Positions 10,865-22,870 of a stretch of DNA of 64,000 nucleotides are shown one piece after another (positions within the stretch are counted from its first letter, which is position 1; each line of letters begins with the position of its first letter). The notes beneath the pieces were generated by a model that was not told the DNA's origin, did no database searches, and worked only from the letters and a program-made list of their open reading frames with translations. The stretch lies in assembly GCA_010405405.1 (NCBI GenBank), contig MU004230.1:1398627-1462626 (forward strand), given 5' to 3'. Source of the stretch: Microthyrium microscopicum. Its lineage: Eukaryota. The translations under genes and the position numbers were made by a program.

Positions 10865-13036
10865 TTAACCACCATTCAATATTTTGGAAAGTGGTACGGA
10901 TGCGGATCCAACAACAGCTTGGCCTGCTACAATACTTCCCAGACTAGGTAGCTTTTCCGTTGATATTAGTGGATTCAGATCATATTGGTCGATAGATGCG
11001 AGTGGTGTTTTGTCGTGAGATGAGCTCATACCTAACGTAAAGCTCACTACCGGTCCACTGTCGTTATTTGTATTCGTATGCAGAAGAATAGGATCGATGC
11101 GCATAACATTTGACGTCCCGTCGCGCAGAGCATTGGACGACGATCCGCCAGTATTTGCAGCAGCATTACTCGCTATCTTGTTCAGCTTATTCTGGTCTGC
11201 CCAATCAAAGATAGCGCGGCTTAGGTGCACACCCTCTATACTGGCATCGTCATCCTCGTCATCTAGCGACATGGATGAAAAGTCATCATGATCTGGCCAT
11301 CCACTGGTCAAAAGTCGTAGAGTGTTAGTATTTTCAGGCTGAGAGGTTGAAACTGGAGTTTTGGAAGACATTCGGTGATTCGATGGTGCGTTGGATGGCG
11401 TCAATATGTTGGACAAATCTGTTGGCTCTGAGGTCCTGGATGGTTGAGTAGATGTGGATATGGCCGCAGTTGCGGATATGACTTCTGATACATCCTCTCT
11501 GGGCTCTCGTAAAGCATCCTGAGGTGATATTTCACCTGCAGCATCTCTCAAAATGTCTTCTGATATGTTATCGGATTCCCCTTGTTTGGCTTTGTGAACG
11601 TAGCCTGCCTCTTTGAAGCGTTGTGGATAACGATTGCGAAATCGATCTCTTAGATCAGTTCTTGTTCGCTGTTGCAAGCCTAGATCTGGATCCATTTGAA
11701 TCTTCTTCCATTGCGCCGGGTACTTCAGAAACCCCTTCAAGAGGGCATCGTCTTCTTCAGCTGTGAAATTCTTCCGTTGTCGACGATCCTGTTTTGGAAA
11801 TGGCTGATGTTCTTTCAGGACACCCATCTTCTGAAGTTCTACAGTTGTTCTACCACCACGGCCTCGTCTCTTTCCCGTTGTCGTATCCAAATGGCTATCA
11901 ATTTTGCCCTTTTGAGACCCACTTCGACGGTACTCATCTGGAAAGCAAGTTCGAAAACGATCTTTGAGGTCAATGCTGTTCCGTTCTCCTTTGAAGTGGT
12001 AATCCTCGCACTCGAGAATCTTCTTCCAGTTGCCAATACCGAAGCGTTCGACACCATCAATCAAAAATTGAGTTTCCTCGGGAGTCCACTTGACCCTTTT
12101 TGAAGTTGCTCTCTTGTCTACTTTAGTCTTCGATTTTTCTGTTGTACCAGTATCTGCTACATTTGCATCTTCTTCCGTGATTGGAGCTATGGTGGAAGCA
12201 GCGACCGCTTCTGAAGGACCCGGCTGAGCATCTGCTGGCGAGATTTGCGCTGTAGTCTCTGACTGGACAAGGATAGTTTGAGCTCGATGGCTGGCTTCTC
12301 TTTCGTTCGTGGAAGTCGATTGGTGTCTCATTTGCCCTTGCAAGTCCGGAATTTTTGGCGCATCCGTATTCATGGAAGGAACTACCCTTGCGTCCACCGG
12401 TGGGTCATGCAATGGGGCTAAGAGTGGAGGAAGTAACTGATGGGTTTGCTGTCGCTTAGAGCTTTTTCTTGCAGTGGGTTTTGGTAATTTCCTGGTAGGT
12501 TCATCTAACCTTCTCCGCTTGGAACCAGGCGTGGGGCTTCTCGCGCTTCGAGCAGGCAAAGAGTGCGAGCCTGTGTCAATATTTTCAACAACCTGCTGAA
12601 GTGCCTGAACGTGAAGCGTGTCGAGTGCTCGAGGGTTGGCTTCTGGCGAAACTGAATTCAGAACTTCAGCTAAAGGAGCGCTATTCTTTACAACCCGATT
12701 TGTCACAACAGCACTTTTGCTGTTGCCTTGCAGAGTTTGCTGTATTGGAGGCAGCACTAGGCTGTCCAGTATGAATTCTCCATTGCTCGCCCAATCGCTC
12801 GGGTAGGCGCTGAGCTGATCTTGGGGTCGTCGCGACCTTTCAGAACCATTTGCGCCCGTCGTAGCATTTTCCAGCAGCGGGTCTATTGCGACAGTACGTA
12901 GCGGATCGAATGTTTGAGAGCGTATAGGAGCGAGAGTAGCTGTGAACGGCTGGGAAAGCGTGGTGGGATCCAAGGTTCCATTATTCGGAAGAGGGATCTG
13001 GGAGTCCCAGATAAGGTTGCGCAACCGCGGCTCCAT
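10865..13036 (-). CDS. Two-Myb (telobox-like) DNA-binding protein, Tay1/Teb1-like
   Basis: 723-aa ORF with two Myb repeats: KWTPEETQFLIDGVERFGIGNWKKIL..RNSIDLKDRFR and FTAEEDDALLKGFLKYPAQWKKIQ..RTRTDLRDRFR. Confidence 0.8.
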   Translation of the reverse strand: MEPRLRNLIWDSQIPLPNNGTLDPTTLSQPFTATLAPIRSQTFDPLRTVAIDPLLENATTGANGSERSRRPQDQLSAYPSDWASNGEFILDSLVLPPIQQTLQGNSKSAVVTNRVVKNSAPLAEVLNSVSPEANPRALDTLHVQALQQVVENIDTGSHSLPARSARSPTPGSKRRRLDEPTRKLPKPTARKSSKRQQTHQLLPPLLAPLHDPPVDARVVPSMNTDAPKIPDLQGQMRHQSTSTNEREASHRAQTILVQSETTAQISPADAQPGPSEAVAASTIAPITEEDANVADTGTTEKSKTKVDKRATSKRVKWTPEETQFLIDGVERFGIGNWKKILECEDYHFKGERNSIDLKDRFRTCFPDEYRRSGSQKGKIDSHLDTTTGKRRGRGGRTTVELQKMGVLKEHQPFPKQDRRQRKNFTAEEDDALLKGFLKYPAQWKKIQMDPDLGLQQRTRTDLRDRFRNRYPQRFKEAGYVHKAKQGESDNISEDILRDAAGEISPQDALREPREDVSEVISATAAISTSTQPSRTSEPTDLSNILTPSNAPSNHRMSSKTPVSTSQPENTNTLRLLTSGWPDHDDFSSMSLDDEDDDASIEGVHLSRAIFDWADQNKLNKIASNAAANTGGSSSNALRDGTSNVMRIDPILLHTNTNNDSGPVVSFTLGMSSSHDKTPLASIDQYDLNPLISTEKLPSLGSIVAGQAVVGSASVPLSKILNGG

Positions 13037-14008
13037 GCCTGGTGCGAGACGAGAGGATAAATCTCATGAGATGAGCGGGAGAAGGGTATAAATAATGGGA
13101 GCAAGTGGCAAGTGCAGAAATCATGGGCCCAAGACTCCAAGAGCATCAACGTCGCTGTGGAGTGCTGTGCCTGTTTTAGGTCTAGGGCACTCGGCGACAT
13201 CGTTTTCTGGACACCGCCAGCCATGGAGTACTCACTCCAGAACCGCTGACCACTTCTTTCCAGGTTAAGTCAATTAAACTATTCGGCTCACGCTCCCGAC
13301 CCAAGTCTTTAGTAACTGTTCATTGCTGGTTGAAGTGATGCCATGTGTTCGTTGCACCCGGGTACTGCTCCAGTCGCTCCATAAGACACCGGTTCATCCG
13401 TAGAGAACTTGTTCCGAGCTATTGATGTCTTTACTTCATCTATACTCAGCTCGAATGCCACAATACGATACATCCGTTTCACCAGTTATAATGAGCGACA
13501 TGGGCCTTGGGATGGTACAAGTCAAGCGATACTAGGTCGTGGCGTCTCACCAAGGCATGTTCGATCTCGCAATCATGAATCGTGGTATATTGAATTTTAA
13601 GAGTCCATTATCCTTCTGACGGAATCAGCATACTTGGCAAACGATTTTAAATTGTTCAATGATGAGAAATTCCCTACTTCGGATCTTGACCTCTCGTGCT
13701 CCAAGTTTCTGGGATACATCACGAGCGAGATTTGAAAGACTTTTAACTTGGAATTTTCATGGGCTTCATGTTAAGACATACCATACTCAGGTAAATGGCA
13801 TTTCGAATAAATCTCGACCTCAACCATACTGTAATGATTGAGACTATAGCCAGTGAGGTTTCACCAGTTGTATACCTTAGGTAGTAATTTCCATTGCGTA
13901 ATGAAAGCGAATTGCTTTCTATAAAGTAGTATTAAATACACCAGAATAGACTAACGGGATATACAATAATCGTAAACGATGGTGTATCTTACAAAACGCA
14001 CTTTACTC

Positions 14009-15753
14009 TCAATATTGAACTGAGTGTTCAATAACCTCATTGATATCATTGGCCGTTTTCCGGTTCGTTACAAATCGGAGTTTGATTTTCTTGGGACCAA
14101 TATGCTTTGTTTCCCATAACAGAATCGTTACCGGTGCTGACTGGTCTTTTATATCCAGTGATAATCTGTTGTATTGGCCGCGTTCAATCTCCATATGAGT
14201 CCTTGCAATTGCGGCAGCACATGGGCTGTCCAAGAGTCCTTCTTTTCGATTATGCCTCTGTAGCATGACAATTGCCTTCTCTCGCAGCGTATTGTTTCTG
14301 GAGTTCATAGCTACATTGAAGAGCGGTTGTACAAGGCCAAGTCCAACGCTGAATATTGGCCTAGAGCTCGCGTGTGATGAAAGCGAAGTCGTTGTTAACT
14401 TTTTCTCCTGGGATCTCTCCATGATCTGCATGGCTTTTTCAGCAAGGACCAAGACCTGTGCGAAGCTCAACTCCATTTCTGTGAAGATGTTGTAATCGGT
14501 GTCGCGAGAAACATTTTGAGCATTGTTGTCGAACCGGGCTGCGCACATGCGAAGAGCTATGTGGTTTGTCAACATGTACATCTCTGCGGTATAAAGCGAA
14601 GCTTGCGATATTGATTTGAGCTTGCTACTTGAAGATTTGAATTTGGTGAGGATTCCCTGGACCCGTGTATGACATTGGGAAAGGTTTCGGTATTGTTCCA
14701 GAAGAGAGTTTTTATCCTCGTGGTTCGATGGGTAGACCAGACTTGAGATAAGGACGAACACCTTGTTAGTCAAGTCGTCTACTACAGCACGAACGTTCTC
14801 TATGTTTTGTAGCTCTAGAGGAAGAGGAATTCGTAGTCGTTGTGTTGGGCGTCCAAAATCCCAGCCTGCCCTCGTTTCTGCATCCATAATAAGACGAGCT
14901 TGAACATCCCATGTCGTAAAGACCGTTCGTAGCACATTCCAATCGATGCATAACTCTTGACATCTTTGCTCGTTGATATGAGAATTGTTTGCCTTTTGGA
15001 ACCTTGCTGCTGTATCCTCAAGTAATGTCATTCCACTTCGCAGGTGGCTTATGGCCTGAATTTTGTCACCCTGAAGGCTGTCAAAGGCCATGAAGAGAAT
15101 GCATGATACTAAAGCAACTTCTTGTCGGCGGAGATAGTCTGTGTTCTCAGGCATTGCCATCAGGGATTTGATGGCCGCATTGCATTGTTTTAATGCGAAT
15201 GTATATTCTTCATCTAGCGCCTCGTCTTCAGAACTGGGCGAACTGCTTCCTTTTACTTCGTCCCTCAAGAATTTGGCATGCATAGCCCCGATAGCTGAAG
15301 CTGCATGACGAATCGCAGGATGCCTCTGAGCCGCTTGTAATACAGATGGCCAAAAGTCAAGATTGAACACGCCATGAAGGTCGATGAATGTGACGGTTTG
15401 GAAGAAATGGAACGACCGTTGCTCTTCGATAGTTCCAATAACAAGATTTGGTCCTCGTTCAGGGGTCGGAAGACTCTCAATTTGTCGCGTTGAGCATCTT
15501 TTATGCCTCGGTGAGGTTGTACTGCCGGATACTGATTCTTCAGCCTGGCAATTTGAATATGAGCAACTCCATCCGCTTCTCACACATTTGTTACACTCTG
15601 GTTTAGTCTCGTCACACTTGATTCTTCGAATCCTTGGAATTGTTAGCGCTGTTGTACCAAAGCAAGAAGAAGAAAGCCATACCGACAAACTGAACAGCCG
15701 GTTTTGACCTTCTTAGAGAAGCGGCGCCGCCGCTTGATGTTGTTAGATTCCAT
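14009..15753 (-). CDS. Zn(II)2Cys6 transcription factor; 1 intron (15633-15682)
   Basis: Splicing gives MESNNIKRRRRFSKKVKTGCSVCR|IRRIKCDETKPECNKCVRSGWSC, followed by a fungal-specific TF middle region (EQRSFHFFQ..FW..VLQAA..HPAIRHA). Confidence 0.9.
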
Positions 15754-16685
15754 ACCAGCCCAAGAGCCAACAGGGGTGACAATAGACGAAGAGTCAGGTC
15801 GCAGCTCTTTGATGATTCATCAGGCCTGTCACTACCATAATCGCAAAATGTTCAATATTAGTTCGCCTTTCTGCAAGTCTGTCCTTTGAGCCGCATCATG
15901 CTCCGTAGTCTTTGCCCGGGACACTGGATTATATGGCGCTTCGTCAGGCAAGTAGTGCCGAGGCGAGTAATTTGCTGGGCATGAAAAGCAAAAACGCCAC
16001 AAGCGAAGTTGGAGTTTTAGCAGCATGGATCTAGACCTTAAAAACGATGGCTTGTCCATAAGTGCAGCTCAAAACGCATTCAACGGAATCTTCCGATGAC
16101 ATTTAAACGAACAGTCCAATAAGGAGACTACATTGACTTTCAGCCTTGCGATTAGCGCAATAGAAGAGCAGCATAAGGTACATTTAGCAAGATCGATTGG
16201 AGTGGAATGTTCGTTAACATTCAGGAAATGGTTATGATATATCACCAATGGCAGTGGGTGCCCTCGATATTGTCTCAACCCATACATATATGAGCACAGT
16301 AATACCGTTGGGGATAAGTGTCCACATTGACCCAAAATCTCTTCTTGGACTTGAATATATCGATTGAAACATTAGTATTAATAATTCGTACAATGTCGTA
16401 CCACGGCACGCTTGCCCAGTTACCAGACATCTCTAAAAACCAAGCTAATCAAGAGGTCTCTTTTCCTGATCATGTCTAGCAAGCCTCAACCTGTGAAAGT
16501 GTCAAGAAGAAATGATCCCCAGCAAGTTAGTGTACAGATTTAGCTGGGAGAGAAAAACACCTTTCTGAGCTGCGAGGTGATGACCTTTTCGATGTTTCAA
16601 GAAGTACAGACAAAAAACATTACATTGATGAGCTAACAAGCGGCTATGTACAAAGTTCTTAGCATACATACAAGGATACAATCGC

Positions 16686-19600
16686 TCAAATCTCAGAATG
16701 ATGCGCAGCCGGACAGCGAAGATCGTGTCGCGCCTGCCCAGCCGCGGGTTGACTTGCCTCCAGCGTCAATTCCAAGCAGTCGCGATGCCAAACATGCCTA
16801 CACGCAAACACCACCAACGGCCGTGGCTTATCTGGCTTTTCTGGCACCTGCTCACCCTCTCCATCCTCCTCCTCCGTGTCAGGTGAGAGGGGATTCACAT
16901 CTGCCTCTTCCAGCTGCGGCGTCGTCGCCTCCTTGCCCTTTCCACGCCCACTGGCTTCTGAAACCGTGGAAAGCGTCCGCTGCAGCTGACGCGCTTGATC
17001 TCGTCGGCCGACGTTGGCCTGCCACTGGTCCCAGACAGCACCACCAACGCCAGGGCCCCAGACGCGCTTATTGCAGAATTCGCAGGTGTTACCGCGCGGA
17101 CGCCAGCCTTTTTGGCGGCGCAGCCAGGCGTCGTCGACGTGGGTGAAGACATCTTTGTCGAGGAACTGATTGGCAAGATTGAGGATGCGCTCTTCGTATG
17201 CATAGGCCTGGAAGATCTCACCTAGGACGGCGCGAAGGTCGGAGAGAGAGGGAGACGATGTTGCTGCGCGGGTGAGAAATGCGCGTAGAATGACGAGGAA
17301 TGATGGGTGTGGTTGCTTGGATGGTGCAACAACGTCTTCTGATGGCAGTGTAGGGCGGGCTGTTGACGTGAGTAGAGCAGTGAAGCACTCTTGCACGGCT
17401 GCTCGTATGCTTGAAGTAATACTGGAACGAGTCGCTTCGAATTCGTCAGGAGTAACAAGATCGGCTGATAATGCTGATATGTCTTTTGATAGATTGACAA
17501 TCGTGTCCACCAAATCTAGCCATAATAGCTCATCGAGGTCAAGATCTGACTCTCGAACAACTTTCTTGAGCGTTTTGGGAGTGCTCTTGCCTTTCGTTTC
17601 TCTTTCTTTCTGGGCAGCTTTTGTTTGACCCTGACATAACCAGATGCCAACTTTCGAGTATTTTTGTACGTCTGAGAGAAGGTCCTCAACACCCTCAGTA
17701 ATATTACTAACATCGGGGCTTTGGGATACGGCATTCATGAGTCCGGCTAAAGCAGAACCTAGAGTCTGGATGTGCTTCTTCAGCCTGTCCATTGCATCTT
17801 TGACAAGCCCATCTCGAGTAAGTAGGACGACGGCTGCATCGATGGCGCCGGAACTCTCAATTGCTGGCAGAACTTCAGAAAGTCGCAAGTCGCTGGTTTT
17901 TAGAACGTCAATGTAGCTTGCTACCCTGGATGGTTCGTAGGTACACATCAAGCGGACGTATTCCTCTCCAAATTGCTTGTGTAGCTTTTCTTCCCAAGGA
18001 GAATCGCTGAGATCTGACTTCTCTAATAGATTTTTCAGGAACATGAATCGTGCGTAGGAGTCCTCGTCCAAAGCCTCCAGGATTGGTTCTAACAAGTCAG
18101 GACAGCATGCTAGTACGGTTTGAGCCGCTCTTTCGTTGTTTATGCTGACCAGATCCTGAGCATTCTTCAGTATTACAGCTTGAACCTCTCGAATCTGTTT
18201 GGGGTTCAAATCAGATCCTGATCGCAAACAGTCTCCAATGCAGTCGAACACCGCTTCGCGGTCACCCAGGTCTTCAAAACACGTCTGGAGTAGCTGAGCG
18301 TAAAGTTTGGCGCCTCGATATATAGTTTTTAACACCCGGAAGAATCCGGCTTCTCGAAACATTGGTGTTGATCGAGCAATATCTGATGGATGGTAATATG
18401 ACAGCAAGTATTCCACACTGAGCTGACAGTCATCGGCTAGCTCGTCAGATGGATAGTCACACAACCGTTGTAGAACCTTTTCCAGAATATTGCCCGGTAG
18501 AACGATAAACTGGGGAAATTTTGGAAGATTTCGAGCAATGAACATGTCCAGATATATGGATTCGTCAGATTCAAAGTTTTCGTCTCCCATCACGTCCAGA
18601 AGAATGCTAAGGATGCTTTGACGGGTAAGTAAACGGCGAACATCTCGGGCACCGTTGGTAGTTGGCCCAACATCGCCATTTTCATCTCTATTCGCGCCGT
18701 TCAAAAAGTGATCCTCAAAAGCTTCATTCAAAACACTGAGGAAGCTGGCAGCATTGAATTGAAGAATCAAAGTGAGGTATGGATAATCCGGTTCCTCTTC
18801 CAGCTGATCAGTCGTGTGAAAGATTGTTTTGCTCCCTGGTGGCCAGGCTGTCGACTTTCCAGAGAATATGTAGCCATAGACATCGGCTTTGGCACGGAAA
18901 GCATCGGCTTCGTCCATCTCATTGCCACTGGGATACGACTTGCCAGTAAAAGTGTGAGCTAGATATGGAAACAACTTGCCAGCAGACGCAAATGTATTAT
19001 CCGAAGGCTCTGCTTCGGATGCAAGAATGGTCTTCACTAAGCCAAGCAACTCAATCAAAGGGGTTACATATTCCCCTATTGACTGATTCCAAACATATAT
19101 TAGAGCGTCGTACAATTGGTATCGTTTACAAATCGTTGCGGTCTGATCGATATCCATGAGTCGAACATCGAGGTGACAAATCACATTTTCAAGCTGTTGG
19201 GCTCTCTCGTCCGTGTTGTATTGAGCAACAAATGACTTGAAAACTTCCGTGGGAACGGCCGTGACCTGTTGTGACAGAATATAAGGCTCTAGAGTATTAA
19301 AGAAGATAGATTCGAGGCCCGCTTCTTGGAATGGATCGTACACGTCCTCAAACAAGAAATCCATATCTTGAATGGCCAGGCAGGAAGAGATTGTAGCAGA
19401 AGCTAGATCTTGTATCAATTCATCTCGAGTCTGAGGACTGTGTTCCCCGTTGGTAGTCCCATTCGTTGTTTGAAAAACATATTTTAGAGAGGCAGTCATT
19501 ATTTCAATGATCTTTTCCTGAACCATGGCATGTCTTGCATCATCATCTTCCGGAAGTCCCACGGTAATCCTATCAGTGGCTCCAGAGTAGTAAGCTTCAG

Positions 19601-21488
19601 CAAGACGTATCGCCTCAATGTACTCGCCCCCTTCAAGTAACGCTACTAGACGATCTGCCCAGTTTGAGAGCGTGCCAATGGATATGTCGTTGAATCCGAG
19701 CAGAAACAAACGTCCTTTGTATGCGCGGAAGCTCATGAAAAATGCATCCGCTACAACGCCGTGCATGGATTCGTCCCCCTCGTCTAAGCTCTCGACTGCT
19801 GTCTTGAGCTGCGATGAGAAAATGTCCTGATGGAAAATGTGCTTTTGTATGAGATCAAAGGAATCCGTCACTTGAAGAGACTTGTCCTCGAGTATTATGA
19901 GCCGTTGACTAATGGTAAGTATACCCAGCACAGAACGGCTGAGCCATTGGACTGCAACTATAGCTTCTTCACTGCGCCATCTACTCCGGGGGCGAAAGTG
20001 TAATACAGGGGGTCGCTCCTTTTCCTCGATTTTCTGTGCTTCAACATCCAAAATTGTAAGGACATTTGACCAGCAATACACTAGTTTGGTTTTGGAGACT
20101 TCTTCACCAGTATCAGGATCCGGCCTCCTCAACTTGACCGCTGGAAACCATGCAAGACATCCGCTCAAAGTGCTATGAGGGGCAATTTCCTTGGGACGAG
20201 GTGCCTTGAATTGGGTCTCTGCAATTGGAGTTGTCGATACCACTACTAGCAGATAGGGTGTCAACATAGCAGTGAGGCCAAGTCCATCTGTAAGGTGCTC
20301 GATATTTCCCAGAGGAAGAGGGGAGAACGCAAGTACAGAACTAGCTCTCTTGGGCTTTTCTTTGGACTTTGTCGGTGGTGGATATCGGCCAAGGACCCGA
20401 GCGGTCTTGACTGCTCGTGCTACTGATCCAAGACCTCGAGTAGCCAAATGTGAAAATGCCATGCCGTGGTTGTCAGCGGATACAAGGGCTGTATGTCGCG
20501 TTCCGAGGAATCCAACATGAACAACAGCCGACCCAGTGACATGTCCATCCGACCTTCGATCTTCGACCTGTTCTGCCGGAAGTGGGAAAACGTGGAGAAA
20601 AGGCTTCGCTGGTCGTGCTATTTCCCAAGTAAAAATATGTCCAGTGATATGGCCCACTGCAATGGTTGTATGATCCGCCGAGATAGCTAAAGCTGTAACT
20701 GCTCCACATTCTACTGCTTTTGTACCAAGTCCTATTGTTGCAGTGAGATTCTGGTGATAGTCAAAGACTAGTGCCAGGCCTTTCGATGTTCCAATGATTA
20801 TAGAGGCTCCGATGGCGACGCCCGTAGGTCTCCCATAGTTTCGCTTGCCCATTTCAGAGAACACGGAGCCAGTTATTTTCTTGAGTTTGCTCCATCTCAC
20901 AACCTCCCAAGGGGGCTGTGGTGTATCGGCTTCCTGATTCGGGATTATAGTGCTTGCCATTGATGATTGTCGCGAATGGCCAGGGCGATATCCAGAAGAG
21001 GGAGACGACACTCTAGGGAGAGTCAAAAACATGCCCGAGAACCTGCGATCGAACGGTTGGAGGGAACCTCGACGAGTATTTCGCAATGTTGAGTTCTGAG
21101 ACGATATCCGCGCACTTCCTGGTGAAGAGGCCAACGACCCCTAGAGCATTTAGCTAATGAAGGCTTATACAGAGAAAGCCAAACTCACCTGTACGGATAT
21201 GTCTGGCTCTATAACCCTTTCAGGTGTTCTTATTGTCGAGCCATCATCATCTATTTCCACCTGAGGAGGCGTCTGATATCCTGGTGTTGGCAAGTCTATG
21301 CCAGACTCTGCCATTTCCAGCTCTTCGTCATCGTCCACATCGTCCACGTCCTCTCTAGTCCTCGTGAAGCTTTCGACATCGCTAACTTCGTCAACACCTG
21401 GTGAGGTTGCCAGCTGGGGCGATAAAAAGTCTTGATCGAGGGAACGCTCTTCCGACGCGCGGTGCGGCTCCTCCGTCTTGGAGGTCAT
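16686..21488 (-). CDS. VPS8: CORVET complex subunit Vps8; 1 intron (21141-21188)
   Basis: About 1580 aa. WD40-like N-terminal region (IIIGTSKGLALVFDYHQ, ALAISADHTTIAVGH), Vps8/CHCR repeats (LYDALIYVWN), and a C-terminal RING-H2 (CEFC...FACRHVWHRDCL..C). Confidence 0.9.
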
Positions 21489-21787
21489 CTGTGGGCTGTT
21501 CGAGCGAGCATAGCTCCCATATGCGGTCGCGCACTGAATTAGAGCTTGTGCAATGAGTGAGGGAGCATCAGTAGTGCAGGAAGTGGCTCGAAATATCTCA
21601 AAAAGGGAGTAATATTGCTGTTACTTTTGGCGTTTAGAGCTTCCAAGATCAGATGCCTTTCGCAAGTCAAGAAGCTTGGGGCAAGAAGCTTGGGGCAGGT
21701 TAAAATGCATCTTGATATATTCAACTTCAACACCACAGGCATCTCCATTCTTCCCTCTCATAACAAAATACCAAAGCAACCCACAAA

Positions 21788-22699
21788 ATGTCTTCCATAG
21801 GTCCATCCCTCCCACCACATCTCCTCGCCAAACGCAAACGACAAGACGATTCTCCCTCGACCTCAGATACTCAACGCAAGCCCGCAGCACCACCCTCACC
21901 CACCACCGACAAACGCCGCCGCACAGCAGGACCATCTCTCCCAAACCTACCATCACCATCCTCCAGAACCTCAGCACCACCATCCTCTCCCAGGAAGCCA
22001 ACCCGCACCATCGGTCCAGCCCCACCACCCGCTGCCCTCTCCGACCGACCATCCTCCCCGCCAAGCGACTCCGATTCAGACTCAGACTTTGGTCCCTCTC
22101 TGCCCTCCGCCACCCAAGCACAATCCGCCACACATACCACACCACCACCAGCAACCTCCGCAACCCATTCACAGGATGCCAGCAAACCGCAGCGCGAAGG
22201 CTGGATGACCGACCTCCCACCCGACAGTCTCCGCTCCCTCGACCCCGCGCGCCAACGAGCCCGCGGTTTCAACACCGGGCGCGCAGCCGCCGCCACACCA
22301 AGTGGTGGAGTCGGCGCAGCGTGGACAGAGACACCGGAGGAGAAGCGTACGCGGTTGGCCAATGCCGTGCTCGGAATAGGATCAGCGGGACCAGCAGGCC
22401 CAGTAGCAGGGCCGAAGGCTGGCGCGAAGGATAGCGCAGAGAAGGTACGGGAGCAAGAGGCGACGCGGCGGCGAATACGGGAGCATGATGCAAAGGTGCG
22501 AGGTGGAGAGAGTTTGATGGCGCAAGTGGCTGCAGCGAAAGGGGATAAAGGGGAGAAGGAGGATGATCCGAGTAAGCGGGGATTCGATTGGGAGAAGGAT
22601 ATGAATACGGTGGGCAAGTATACTGGGCAGGCGAAGAAGGAGATGCTGAATAAGGCGGCGGATTTTGGGGGACGATTTTCGGGAGGTGGGTTTTTGTAG
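21788..22699 (+). CDS. GPALPP-motif/DUF3752-like protein
   Basis: Repeated IGPSLPP/GPAPPP motifs, REGWMTDLPP, WTETPEEKRTRL, DDPSKRGFDWEKDM, and a C-terminal FGGRFSGGGFL. Confidence 0.85.
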   Translation: MSSIGPSLPPHLLAKRKRQDDSPSTSDTQRKPAAPPSPTTDKRRRTAGPSLPNLPSPSSRTSAPPSSPRKPTRTIGPAPPPAALSDRPSSPPSDSDSDSDFGPSLPSATQAQSATHTTPPPATSATHSQDASKPQREGWMTDLPPDSLRSLDPARQRARGFNTGRAAAATPSGGVGAAWTETPEEKRTRLANAVLGIGSAGPAGPVAGPKAGAKDSAEKVREQEATRRRIREHDAKVRGGESLMAQVAAAKGDKGEKEDDPSKRGFDWEKDMNTVGKYTGQAKKEMLNKAADFGGRFSGGGFL

Positions 22700-22870
22700 A
22701 AGAGGACCTCGGGAGAATAGACAGTGTGACAAGCAATTGAATCGATAGTTTTGAGATACCCAAAGGAAAAATCCAGACTTATTCACCATTTATATACTGC
22801 TACATATCACAAGAGTTTCATGTCCTTCGGCATGCTTTACATTCATATCGTTCCAATTTTGTTTCGATGC

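Noticed and set aside
21621..22789. Long overlapping alternative-frame and antisense ORFs over the GPALPP gene (likewise 16646-17225 and 61748-62449)
   Set aside because: These are shadows of GC-rich, low-complexity coding sequence with no recognisable motifs.
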